64,000 nucleotides of DNA, taken from a virus. Position 1 is the first letter of the stretch, and each line of letters starts with the position of its first letter. Location: positions 4,211 to 68,210 of IMG/VR virus record IMGVR_UViG_3300025009_001990. The stretch is one strand, 5' to 3'. Of this stretch, positions 1 to 9,127 are shown piece by piece. The position numbers and the translations under genes are program-made. The notes under the pieces are model-generated. The model did no database searches. It was not told where the DNA came from and saw only the letters and a program-made list of their open reading frames with translations.

Positions 1-1194
1 AGCTTTTTTGATTTGTAGGTATTTTCCATATGCCTCACTTTTTGGTTGTGTTAATCCTAATCCTTTACACCACCAATCATTTCGTAAAAGAACTTTACAA
101 AGTCTTCTCCATGACGGAGCCCAATATTTTTCTTCTAAAACTCCAGGGGCTTCATCTGGAATATCATCAATGTATCCACGTCCCTTCCAACCTTTTATAA
201 AACATTTGAACCTATAAATGTAATGTTCTCTTGTTATTTTTGGCATTGTAGACAAAAGAAGATTACAAAAACTTTTCCAGGTATGTCCATCTGGTTTTGA
301 TATTTTATTATATCCAGTGATATTTCCTGTATTGTTGATATATAAAGCCCCACTATTTACTCCGTTTACTCTATTTACAACCTTATACCACGTTTCTGGC
401 TCAAGAATATGATAAAGCCATAACCCTCTTCTTTGATCGTCTCCGTATGGTTGACAAAGTCTTTGTTGGCTTAAATTTACTCCTGCTTGATGCATAAGAT
501 CATATATTTTATTGTGTTCTTTATCGGGGAATTTAGCATGATATGTCCAAATATCGCTAGTTTTCCAGTCATAAATTGGGTAAATATTATAACAACGATC
601 TATAATTTTTGTCGTCCATCTTTTATCCTTAAATGTTTCTTTATCATGAATTGCTATTGTCCGAAAACGGTTTAATGATTCATCGGCCCTAATCCCAATA
701 AAAGCCGCGACATCTTTTCCTTTACTATACCATTCTGCAAATAGAACAATAAATTCCTCGAATTCCATCCTGGGAATAAAAAATGGAAAATAATTAATAT
801 CAGAAATAACTCCAGGATGATTGGGTAAAGGTCTAACCCAATCATCTTTTTTTAATGGGTCCCAAGTTGTCCAGGACGGTTCAAAATTACTAACGGCATT
901 TCGTAATTTTATAGGCAAACAAATCCAATATGTTTTTATATTTTTCTTATATTTGTTGAACATCTGCATAGCATGATCTGAAGTATTTTTGTACTGAGCT
1001 TCAAAATCAATCAACATTACCCCAACAATTCTGTTTCTTTTGATTGCTTCTTCCATAACTAAATGGAAGAGAACAGAACTATCTTTTCCCCCGGAAAAAC
1101 TTATAAATATTTTTTCAAAATTATCAAAAATAAAAGAAATGCGCCTTTTTGCTGCAACAAATACATTTATCCCAATATAATTTTTTGTTTTCAT
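1..1194 (-). CDS. IbrA/YbdN-like PAPS-reductase-family (DUF3440) protein, 3' end runs off the window
   Basis: Not in the ORF track; translated by hand from ATG 1194: MKTKNYIGINVF..ISFSGGKDS (PP-loop)..IGIRADESLNR..YPIYDW..QRLCQPYGDDQRRGL..PSWRRLCKVLLRNDWWCKGL. Lies downstream of an IbrB-like gene. Confidence 0.85.
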   Translation of the reverse strand, partial: MKTKNYIGINVFVAAKRRISFIFDNFEKIFISFSGGKDSSVLFHLVMEEAIKRNRIVGVMLIDFEAQYKNTSDHAMQMFNKYKKNIKTYWICLPIKLRNAVSNFEPSWTTWDPLKKDDWVRPLPNHPGVISDINYFPFFIPRMEFEEFIVLFAEWYSKGKDVAAFIGIRADESLNRFRTIAIHDKETFKDKRWTTKIIDRCYNIYPIYDWKTSDIWTYHAKFPDKEHNKIYDLMHQAGVNLSQQRLCQPYGDDQRRGLWLYHILEPETWYKVVNRVNGVNSGALYINNTGNITGYNKISKPDGHTWKSFCNLLLSTMPKITREHYIYRFKCFIKGWKGRGYIDDIPDEAPGVLEEKYWAPSWRRLCKVLLRNDWWCKGLGLTQPKSEAYGKYLQIKKA

Positions 1195-1195
1195 A

Positions 1196-1618
1196 TCAAT
1201 AAAGATTTGCTTCTGTTTTTGATTTTACAGAATCTTCAGTTACTTCAGGAAAATTATTTGCCTTAAGCCATTTATTTATATATTTTAACGCTATTTTATC
1301 AGCATTTATTTGTTGTTCCTCTGTTAATAGGTTATAACCACCACGAAATTTTGACGGAATTTTTTTATAAATACAAATCGCTGCTTGCCCCATCCAGGCG
1401 ATTCGATTCATCTTTTCGTTCGTTAAATAATGTTCGCAAGAATTTTTCCATTCAGTTATTACTCTTTTTAAATATTTTTCAAATAATGAAATATCAGATA
1501 AAAAATCACGATATTCAATTTCTGCTTCTTCATTTGTCATATTTTTTGGTGGATGGTTTTCATAAAAACCAGCTGGGTAACATTCCCATTTATCCCAAGT
1601 GTGATATATCCGGTCCAT
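1196..1618 (-). CDS. Hypothetical protein between the IbrB-like and IbrA-like genes
   Basis: 140-aa ORF tightly packed against both neighbours; RIYHTWDKWEC and NRIAWMGQAA segments. Confidence 0.75.
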   Translation of the reverse strand: MDRIYHTWDKWECYPAGFYENHPPKNMTNEEAEIEYRDFLSDISLFEKYLKRVITEWKNSCEHYLTNEKMNRIAWMGQAAICIYKKIPSKFRGGYNLLTEEQQINADKIALKYINKWLKANNFPEVTEDSVKSKTEANLY

Positions 1619-2319
1619 TAAATAATATCCTCTTCGTCCAATAAGTTTAAATTATCATCATCAAATATTGCGGCATCCCAAGCCTCAGTAAAATCGGAAT
1701 CAGCAAAAACTTCAGTTAATCCAGAAATTTGACAAAGACGTAAAACCTCATCGGGATCCATTCCGAGTTCCTTACCTATTCTTGTATCGCTCCAATTTCG
1801 TTTTTTTAATTCGATAACAATATCTGACATTGCATTTATTTGATGTTTACCCCTCGCTCTATTATGCCTGATTGTTGAAGCGATACGGTCATTTCGTCCT
1901 TCTTTATCTTTTTTTATTTTAACTATTGGGAGATAGCCATGGACTCGTTTTTTAACTGCAATACTTTCTTTTCCTATTCTGTTCCGATGAAAACCGTCAA
2001 TAACCTCAATGTCATTTTTATTATTCCAGGTAACAATAGGTTGTGTATAACCATCTGATAAAATTGAATGTTCAAGTAATTCCATCTCTGGAGGAGCTAC
2101 CGTATTTGGATTATAATCATTTGCGGCAACATTTTCATTTTTAACCCAAATTACACAATCAACCGGCTCATTTCGAAACGGACTATAATGAGATAATGCT
2201 ATTTTAATTTTATTAATGGCATCAATTTTTTCATTGATTGATAATGATTGTAATTCAGAAAGCTTGTTTCTGATCTCTCTGACCAATTTTATTTTTTTAT
2301 TAAAGATAGTTCGTTTCAT
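1618..2319 (-). CDS. IbrB/YbdM-like ParB/Srx-domain protein
   Basis: ANDYNPN, DGYTQPIV, VIDGFHR and STIRHNRARGKH motifs, followed by a C-terminal HTH (IGKELGMDPDEVLRL). Confidence 0.88.
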   Translation of the reverse strand: MKRTIFNKKIKLVREIRNKLSELQSLSINEKIDAINKIKIALSHYSPFRNEPVDCVIWVKNENVAANDYNPNTVAPPEMELLEHSILSDGYTQPIVTWNNKNDIEVIDGFHRNRIGKESIAVKKRVHGYLPIVKIKKDKEGRNDRIASTIRHNRARGKHQINAMSDIVIELKKRNWSDTRIGKELGMDPDEVLRLCQISGLTEVFADSDFTEAWDAAIFDDDNLNLLDEEDII

Positions 2320-2320
2320 T

Positions 2321-3235
2321 TTAATAAATTTTTGATTTTTCCCGAATATCTCTCGGGTCCATTAAAAGACCTCTGTGGTTGCCTTTTCGTAATATTTTAG
2401 GCAATTCAAATTCAGAATATGGAACTTTATCCATTATTCCATTTTTTGCTTTCATCCAATAATTTTTAAATCGCCTTAATTCGTATTCTGTCCAGCCATT
2501 CGCAGCATTAACAAAACCACCTTTGCTTTCAGAAAGCAAAGGTTGATACCTCATCGGGTATATTTCATTAACTTTTATTTCCCTGAGGTATTCAGCGCGA
2601 TAAAGAGCATCTGCTGGGGTATCGGTAAATCCATATAACATTAATACCGATATTTTTTTAATTCCATTATGGTGCGCTATTGTAACTGCTTTTTTAATAT
2701 ATTCTTCTTTATCGGTTGAATCAAACGCAAACCGAATATCTGTCAATTTTAATTCAGCAATTCTTGATGCTTTTTCTGATGTAAATAATTTTGCTTCTAA
2801 TCCTTGGTTAAATTCAATATATGGGAGTTTTTTTAATTTATCAATTACGTTGTTGAAATGGTTTTTCGAAGACGCAAGAAAGTTATTATCACAAACGATT
2901 GGTCTAGGAACGAAATTTTTAATTTCCCTAAAAACACCTTCTATCTTTGGGACAGCGCAAAAGCTACAATTATTGATACACCCTCTAGTTGTGAATGTTG
3001 CAAGAGGGTTATGGAATGTGATAGGCTCACACCAATCAATAGTTTCCTGGAGAGTAGCTATTCCATCAAATTTATTCCTTAAAAGAATAGCTCCAGGACC
3101 ACCAACAACAACCTGTTTCTTTTGTTGTTTAATAAATCGCAATACCTCAGGAACAAGCCAAGTGAACGGGATTGAAATATAAATTATCCCGTTCACTTGC
3201 CAAGTGGCAAAGGTTTTTCGCCACTGATTGATCAT
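2321..3235 (-). CDS. Radical SAM protein (paralog 1)
   Basis: TTRGCINNCSFC (CxxxCxxC), DNNFLA and FNQGL motifs. Probable start at MINQW (3235), just after the upstream stop. Confidence 0.8.
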   Translation of the reverse strand: MINQWRKTFATWQVNGIIYISIPFTWLVPEVLRFIKQQKKQVVVGGPGAILLRNKFDGIATLQETIDWCEPITFHNPLATFTTRGCINNCSFCAVPKIEGVFREIKNFVPRPIVCDNNFLASSKNHFNNVIDKLKKLPYIEFNQGLEAKLFTSEKASRIAELKLTDIRFAFDSTDKEEYIKKAVTIAHHNGIKKISVLMLYGFTDTPADALYRAEYLREIKVNEIYPMRYQPLLSESKGGFVNAANGWTEYELRRFKNYWMKAKNGIMDKVPYSEFELPKILRKGNHRGLLMDPRDIREKSKIY

Positions 3236-3236
3236 T

Positions 3237-4055
3237 TTATTTCTTCCACGAAAAAGTATTACCGGTTTTGACAACAAGACCAAGGATGAGGAGAGACGGA
3301 ACAACGTATCCAAACATATAATTAGATACGTTTTCGTTTGTTTTTCCGCCATTTTCTACAAATAAAACATCGGCCAGTTTTACCATCTCTTCACGTGTAG
3401 CGGCCCCTTTTTGCAGTGAATCAATAAGAGCATGGCTACGAGTATATGCCAGTTTTATTTTTTTGGAACTTTCTTTTTTCTCGCCAGCTTTCTTCTTTGC
3501 AGGAGCAGTACCATCAGCAATTGCGGTCAGTTTGGTAGTTACGTATTCCCGCAGTTTTTTGATATCCTTCAGGAAAGGGGGTGGGCAGACAATTCCGTTG
3601 TTTTTGGCGACTGCTTTCAGATCATCAAGAGTCTTTGCTTTTTTGAGGCCAAGCAGACACTTGTGAGCGTTGTCTCTTGCCTCGGTGTTGTCTTCTTCCG
3701 GCTCGGGATCAGCTTTCACCGATTTTTTACCGGATTTCTTTTTCTCAGAAACGGGAGGTGCTTCCTCCTCTGCTTCCTCCTCTGCTTCCTCCTCTGCTTC
3801 CTCAGCAGCTACCTGAGCGACGTTTTTCAATCCCATCAGTTTGAGGGTAGCAGCGGTTTCAGCAGAAATCGTATCGTCTGCCGTAAGATCCTCAGCTGCT
3901 TCCGTGATTTCGTCCGTCAATTCCTCAGCAGTAAGTTCAACATCGATTCCTTGACCTTCATCAAACATGAACGAATTGAAATCCTCTGCTACCGCAACGA
4001 GTGCTTCGATAGTCGGTTTTACTGCTTTTTTTGTTGCTGCCGGTTTCTTTGCCAT
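3237..4055 (-). CDS. Hypothetical protein, acidic and Lys/Ala-rich
   Basis: 272-aa ORF with an AAGGAG RBS, an upstream promoter and an internal EEEA repeat. Confidence 0.75.
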   Translation of the reverse strand: MAKKPAATKKAVKPTIEALVAVAEDFNSFMFDEGQGIDVELTAEELTDEITEAAEDLTADDTISAETAATLKLMGLKNVAQVAAEEAEEEAEEEAEEEAPPVSEKKKSGKKSVKADPEPEEDNTEARDNAHKCLLGLKKAKTLDDLKAVAKNNGIVCPPPFLKDIKKLREYVTTKLTAIADGTAPAKKKAGEKKESSKKIKLAYTRSHALIDSLQKGAATREEMVKLADVLFVENGGKTNENVSNYMFGYVVPSLLILGLVVKTGNTFSWKK

Positions 4056-4122
4056 GGTTTTCTCCTTGAAGAAATTAAGGTTGTATGTGAGAAGGATTTT
4101 GATTTCTTCTCTGTATACGACT

Positions 4123-4151
4123 ATTATAAGTACTCTCCATCAAATCGTAAA
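4123..4151 (-). promoter_or_regulatory. Sigma70-like promoter TTTACG-N17-TATAAT
   Basis: Perfect -10 box and 17-nt spacer, intergenic upstream of 4055; same style as the promoter at 13779-13807. Confidence 0.65.
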
Positions 4152-4179
4152 GAAATTTCTTTGGTAATGCAAAAAAAAA

Positions 4180-5724
4180 TTAGTAAGAATATGTTAATGG
4201 TCTTCCCTGGGCCAGACTTTGAAGTATGGTAACATATTGATTTTCGTTACATTCGTCTTCACGAACCGCTAATTTTCCCAACCTCATCACCCCTCGTTTT
4301 TTTTCTTCCGGGAGCTGATTCATGGTAATCATCCCTGTTACATGACTAAATTTTCGCTTGTCTTCACTGAAGTTTTTCATCGTGATCCACTTAGAATAGT
4401 AGCTCGCTGCATCGGACTGAGATGCAGAAATTACTAAACAGTGTCGCTGTTGACTCAATCCTCGTATCCCTGCCCAAATGCTGTTTTGCTGATGTCGGAA
4501 TTGTTCTCCTTTTTCCGGGACAAGTAAATCCATGTAGTCAATAATTAGCACGTCAGGAACAAATCCTATTTCTAATTCCCAAATGCCGAGTTTCTTTTTA
4601 ATTTCTGAAATTGTTAATGATTCATTCGGATATGCTTCAATTAGTAATTTTGCTTTCTTTCCCCATCTTCTTTGATAAATTTCTCCTTGTTTTGTTGCTT
4701 CTGACCATTCTAAAACTTTTACAGGATCTCTAATTTTAAACCATGCTGCTGGTTGATATCTTTCAAATCTCTTTTCGTCTCGAAAACACTCAATACAAGT
4801 GGAGTAATCATTGTCTTCATCCCAAGAAATATATTCCTTTGTTTCTGAATTTCTAATTACCCGCTCTTTTCCTCCCGATGGGCTTTCCTCACAACTTCCT
4901 GTTTGATTTTGATAGCAGTCCAAGCACGGAACTTTTATTTCTTTACAAAACTTTTGTCTGTTTGATCTTCCGGTAAATCTTATTCCATATCGAACAAGCA
5001 TTTGTGCTCTGGTCATATCCCCAGCGGCAAAGAAAGCAACATTTCGTCCCGCTCTTCTTGCCGCTATTGACATCTCAATGAGCATCCATGTTTTCCCTCT
5101 TTTTTCCGGACCAAGAAGAGTAACGAACGAATCAGGGATAAACAAATCGTCAAGAAATTTACCAGCAGCACCAGGAAGGCGAAAGAGCGGAGTCGATGAA
5201 GTTTCAAACGCTTTCGCCATTTCTTCTGAATTGCTTAGCGGATCGACGATTTTTTCAGAACGTATAGAAAGACTCTTATAATTTAAAATCGTTCGCTGTG
5301 CGTCAACCAGAGCGTTTTTTGAAAGAGAATTAGAAACGCTCTTAGCTACAAATTCAAGATTTTTCGTTTCAAGATACTTTTCAGTCTGATCCAGAAGGTA
5401 TTCAACGTTAAATTGTTCGGCTCTTTCATAATCTTCCGAAAGCGAACTGAGTAAATCTTCAATGAGCGAAAGTTCGTCTTCTTCGATATTTCCCTCTTTT
5501 TCTTCTTTTTTGAAAATGTCCTCAATATGAATTCCAGGGGCTTTTTTAAATTGCTGATAATATCTGGAAACCCATTTAGCTACTGTGCAAATATACGGGG
5601 TAGTAATTAAATCGATTCTGAAAATATGCTGTACGGCTTTGAAATATTCATCGCTTACAATCAATCCTTGGATTATTTGACGTTCAGGATTCTCTTTTAC
5701 TTTTCTTCTTCGATATCCAGCCAT
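4180..5724 (-). CDS. DnaB-like replicative helicase
   Basis: Walker A GPEKRGKT, Walker B IIDYMD, ISASQS and SEDKRK motifs. Confidence 0.8.
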   Translation of the reverse strand: MAGYRRRKVKENPERQIIQGLIVSDEYFKAVQHIFRIDLITTPYICTVAKWVSRYYQQFKKAPGIHIEDIFKKEEKEGNIEEDELSLIEDLLSSLSEDYERAEQFNVEYLLDQTEKYLETKNLEFVAKSVSNSLSKNALVDAQRTILNYKSLSIRSEKIVDPLSNSEEMAKAFETSSTPLFRLPGAAGKFLDDLFIPDSFVTLLGPEKRGKTWMLIEMSIAARRAGRNVAFFAAGDMTRAQMLVRYGIRFTGRSNRQKFCKEIKVPCLDCYQNQTGSCEESPSGGKERVIRNSETKEYISWDEDNDYSTCIECFRDEKRFERYQPAAWFKIRDPVKVLEWSEATKQGEIYQRRWGKKAKLLIEAYPNESLTISEIKKKLGIWELEIGFVPDVLIIDYMDLLVPEKGEQFRHQQNSIWAGIRGLSQQRHCLVISASQSDAASYYSKWITMKNFSEDKRKFSHVTGMITMNQLPEEKKRGVMRLGKLAVREDECNENQYVTILQSLAQGRPLTYSY

Positions 5725-5736
5725 ATCATTCCTTTA

Positions 5737-5970
5737 TCAAAAATCAATAAACGGCAAATCTTGCATTAGTATTCTAGCCTGATTAAAATGGCCTTCGAGT
5801 TTTTGAACATTATCCGGGAATTTTAATCTTAAAATAATACGTCTTCCTGTACTAATACTCATTCTTTCGGCTTGTTGTATATTTTCCCATGCTCGAACCG
5901 GGGCAATTATCATTCCTGTTTTTTTATATTTTAATAATTTTTTAAAACTACAAACATGATAAACAATCAT
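5737..5970 (-). CDS. Hypothetical protein
   Basis: 77-aa ORF in a tightly packed operon. Confidence 0.6.
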   Translation of the reverse strand: MIVYHVCSFKKLLKYKKTGMIIAPVRAWENIQQAERMSISTGRRIILRLKFPDNVQKLEGHFNQARILMQDLPFIDF

Positions 5971-5971
5971 A

Positions 5972-6178
5972 TTATTCCTTTATCAATTCTCCGTCAGATT
6001 CGATAATGTCTTTTGGAAAAACAGCAATTTCACCTGTTAGGAACTGAATTTCACCTGTTAGGAACTGAATTTCAAAACATATAAATTGAAGAAAGTAAGT
6101 TTCTTTCAAAACTCGAAACGGAATACAAATATCTGTTTTGTGCCTGTAAAACTGACCCGGCTTTATTTGTTGTTCCAT
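5972..6178 (-). CDS. Hypothetical protein with a 21-bp tandem duplication
   Basis: EIQFLTG is repeated; ORF fits the operon packing. Confidence 0.55.
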   Translation of the reverse strand: MEQQIKPGQFYRHKTDICIPFRVLKETYFLQFICFEIQFLTGEIQFLTGEIAVFPKDIIESDGELIKE

Positions 6179-6870
6179 TTGGTCCTGACTCTCTTTCGTT
6201 TGTCATTTCCTTTTATTTCAATTTCCCTACACATCCCGGCTATTCTGCTTGTTAACCTATCGTCATCCATTTTTTTACTTAGTTCTTGAATGGACAAATT
6301 GGAAGTAATAAAAGTTGGTTTACTGTTTTCATATCGATGGTTGATAATTAGATAAATAACCTGTAAAGAAAAGTCAGAAGTTTTTTCAATCCCCAAATCG
6401 TCCAAGCATAACCATTTTGATTTGGTGCATTCGTTAAATATTTCTTGTTCTCTATTTGATCTCGACTGATAAGATTGCCGAATTTCAAAAAGCATTTGTG
6501 GAACATTAAACCAAGCCCCATCATATTTAAGTTCATATCGGAGATTCAAATACAACCAAATAGCTGCTTGTTGACTTTTCCCTACCCCGGTTTTACCAAA
6601 AAGATAAAATCCCTGATTCTGTTCCCCGTTTTTAACTATCTTACTTTCGATAAATGAACAGGTTGATAATGGAGTTATATTTTTAACAAGATTTATTGGA
6701 ACAGAATCAGGGAGACATTTTTCAGGACTTTTTGTCAAAACATGTTTTTCAATTACGCAAGATGGACAATCTTTTCTTTTAGCTGCTGTCGCAACATCGT
6801 CTGAATCTTCCTCATCATAAAATTTCATTTCAAATTCTTTTTTGCAGGTTTCACAGATATTTTTTATCAT
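6163..6870 (-). CDS. DnaC/IstB-like AAA+ helicase loader
   Basis: N-terminal CxxC..CxxC; GKTGVGKS, LCLDDLG, ITSN and RLTSRI motifs. Confidence 0.88.
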   Translation of the reverse strand: MIKNICETCKKEFEMKFYDEEDSDDVATAAKRKDCPSCVIEKHVLTKSPEKCLPDSVPINLVKNITPLSTCSFIESKIVKNGEQNQGFYLFGKTGVGKSQQAAIWLYLNLRYELKYDGAWFNVPQMLFEIRQSYQSRSNREQEIFNECTKSKWLCLDDLGIEKTSDFSLQVIYLIINHRYENSKPTFITSNLSIQELSKKMDDDRLTSRIAGMCREIEIKGNDKRKRVRTKWNNK

Positions 6871-6876
6871 TTTTGT

Positions 6877-7749
6877 TTAATCCTTCATAATGACTGTTTC
6901 GTAATTGTCATCATATTTTCCTTCTTGATAAGCAGCTCCACCTTTTATACTTTTTGGTTTTTTCTTGTTTGAATATTTTCCTTCAAGAATTTTCAGATAG
7001 TTTTGGTCATTAGCAACTATGAAATCAAAATTGATTTTCCAGCCACGATCATTATCTCCGAGCAGAAATTCGGAATCAGCAATTTTATCAAATATCTTTT
7101 TCCAACCTGATAACTTAGAAAGTTCGGGAGATTCTTCAATTCTTATTTTTATTTTATTTGTTCGGGATGGTGTTAATTTAATGACAGAAGGTAAATCTAA
7201 TTTATCGGCTGTATCATTCCAAAGATCAATAATTTTTTTCGAAAAGGTACTAAAATCTTTTTTATTCTCCTTAGATTTATTCTCCTTAGATTTATTCTCC
7301 TTAGATTTATTCTCCTTATTATTCGTACTGTTTTCGATAGGTCTATTCGTACTGTTTTCGATATCTCTAGGGGTTCGATTTTCGATACCCCTAGTCGTAA
7401 CGTATTTTTCTATTAGATTTTCTATATTTAGATAATAAAATTCTTTAGCTGGGATGCCCTTCATATGGGTTTTTAAGATTCCAATTTCTATTAATTTCCT
7501 TTTATTATTCCTTAACTGTAAACGAGACATTCCGATTTGTTCTGTTTGATCTTCGAAAGTAAGAAAAAATGAACCATCTTTTTCCAACATATTCCTGTTT
7601 AGAAAGTATTTATATTTATCAATAAGGTTACATAAAAAAACAGTTAAATCTAATCCGAATATTTTGATGAGAGATTTATTTAAAATAATAAACCCATCTG
7701 AACTAAATGCTTCCAGTGCTAATAGTTGGGAATTTCGATCTATATTCAT
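6877..7749 (-). CDS. Phage replication initiator (replisome organiser)
   Basis: N-terminal wHTH-like region, central repeats, C-terminal FLLGDNDRGWKINFDF..KILEGKY; immediately upstream of the DnaC-like gene. Confidence 0.8.
   Translation of the reverse strand: MNIDRNSQLLALEAFSSDGFIILNKSLIKIFGLDLTVFLCNLIDKYKYFLNRNMLEKDGSFFLTFEDQTEQIGMSRLQLRNNKRKLIEIGILKTHMKGIPAKEFYYLNIENLIEKYVTTRGIENRTPRDIENSTNRPIENSTNNKENKSKENKSKENKSKENKKDFSTFSKKIIDLWNDTADKLDLPSVIKLTPSRTNKIKIRIEESPELSKLSGWKKIFDKIADSEFLLGDNDRGWKINFDFIVANDQNYLKILEGKYSNKKKPKSIKGGAAYQEGKYDDNYETVIMKD
7261..7396. repeat. Iteron-like repeats inside the initiator gene (probable replication origin)
   Basis: About 4 copies of 15-bp TTTATTCTCCTTAGA plus 3 TTTTCGATA-cored units at 24-bp spacing, as in the lambda O-gene origin layout. 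Confidence 0.7.
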
Positions 7750-7945
7750 TTCTGATCTCCTTTTGCGTGAAAGAAGCTATGAAAAAGGAAGAAGAGGAAG
7801 GTACGGCAAACGTCAATTTCTGTCAGGACCATTCAGAATGTTGACTACCTTCCCCCGGCAGAAGCCAAACAGGGGATCAGTCTGTTTTCTTTGAAGGAGG
7901 GGAAAAAGTCCAGTAATCTTACTATAAGCTATTTTCTAATTTCGA

Positions 7946-8863
7946 TTAAAAAATATTTTTTAAAAGTTCTCTCATTAAATTATCAGCATCATTCTGATTC
8001 ATTTCCCCTGGATCTTCATCTTTCAAATCAATGATTATCACTTCTCTATTCCCATTAGAGAGACAATTTGCTAATTTCTCAGCTTGTTCTACTGCTGTAG
8101 GTTCAGGATCAAATAAAATAAATATCTGCTTGAAAGGTAATAACAATTTGACTTGAGACAATGTAAACTTAATTCCGAATGTAGCAACTGATCCTGGCCC
8201 CAATCTCCAAACGTCAGTTACTCCTTCACAAACAACAACAGAATCACTTTTAACAAGGCCTAATCCATAGAGACATGCTTTATGATCTCTTGATTCAAAA
8301 TCAGCAGGACAGGCCTTATATTTCATTTTGCTCTTGTCTGTTATATCCCTTCCTTGATAACTAACGAGTTTGTTCTGATAATAAATCGGTATTATAATTC
8401 TGTGGTTAAAATTCCCGATTGGCCCTGTTCCTTTTATTTTCCAAATTTCTTTTAACTTCTCATGATCAAAATTTCTATTTTCTAAATATCGAATATGTTG
8501 CTTCTTCAGTTCGGTTGTTCCTGACGGCAATTTACATTCTTTTCTTGATTTCCTTTCTTTTTTTTGATAAGGAATATATGAGCCGTCAACTTGATATTTT
8601 TTTAATATCGGATAGATACTATCTTCATCAAGTTTTAAAACGATAGATAGAACATGAACAACGTTTTTCCCTCCTCCGCATCTCCAGCAGGAATATCTGC
8701 CAGCAAATTTAGAGGAGTCGTCAATGCAATATCCGAGATGAAATCCGGAATGTCCCGAACAGAAAGGGCATGGAATTCCTATCCAACCGAGAGAAACGTG
8801 TTTGTGTCCTCCGATTTGGTAGGAAATTCCAAAATCCTCATAGAGCTTGATTATGTTGATCAT
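7946..8863 (-). CDS. DNA primase (Zn finger plus TOPRIM)
   Basis: CPFC..CWRC zinc finger; RIIIPI, YQGR, VCEGVTD, FDPE and DPG motifs. Confidence 0.85.
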   Translation of the reverse strand: MINIIKLYEDFGISYQIGGHKHVSLGWIGIPCPFCSGHSGFHLGYCIDDSSKFAGRYSCWRCGGGKNVVHVLSIVLKLDEDSIYPILKKYQVDGSYIPYQKKERKSRKECKLPSGTTELKKQHIRYLENRNFDHEKLKEIWKIKGTGPIGNFNHRIIIPIYYQNKLVSYQGRDITDKSKMKYKACPADFESRDHKACLYGLGLVKSDSVVVCEGVTDVWRLGPGSVATFGIKFTLSQVKLLLPFKQIFILFDPEPTAVEQAEKLANCLSNGNREVIIIDLKDEDPGEMNQNDADNLMRELLKNIF

Positions 8864-9126
8864 GTCTTTTCAACAACACATTTGCAGTTCTTGAAATTCA
8901 TTAACGAGCAGAAGTCAACAGTACAGGCCTTTTCATCATAGCGGTGAATTGTTCTATGAGGGCAACTTCCCCCGTACCAACACGTTTTGGCCATAGAGCA
9001 GATGTGTTGTTTTCGAATCCTATCTTTCGAAATTGCTCTAGGCTGATCGGTTTTAGTTATGTTAGTAGGTAGAGATGGGTATACGGTTCTTTTACGTTTT
9101 TTTAAAGGAGGTTTTGTCCTTTTCAT
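8860..9126 (-). CDS. Hypothetical Cys-rich protein
   Basis: 88 aa, ATGA-coupled to primase, starts MKRTKPPLK. Confidence 0.6.
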   Translation of the reverse strand: MKRTKPPLKKRKRTVYPSLPTNITKTDQPRAISKDRIRKQHICSMAKTCWYGGSCPHRTIHRYDEKACTVDFCSLMNFKNCKCVVEKT

Positions 9127-9127
9127 T

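Noticed and set aside
1-1194. True assimilatory PAPS reductase (cysH) metabolic gene
   Set aside because: The long DUF3440-type C-terminus and pairing with IbrB indicate the IbrA family, not CysH.
3432-4232. Long antisense ORFs (also 13938-14507, 21005-21592, 23556-24167, 62347-62814)
   Set aside because: They are shadows of well-supported genes on the opposite strand, with no motifs or RBS.
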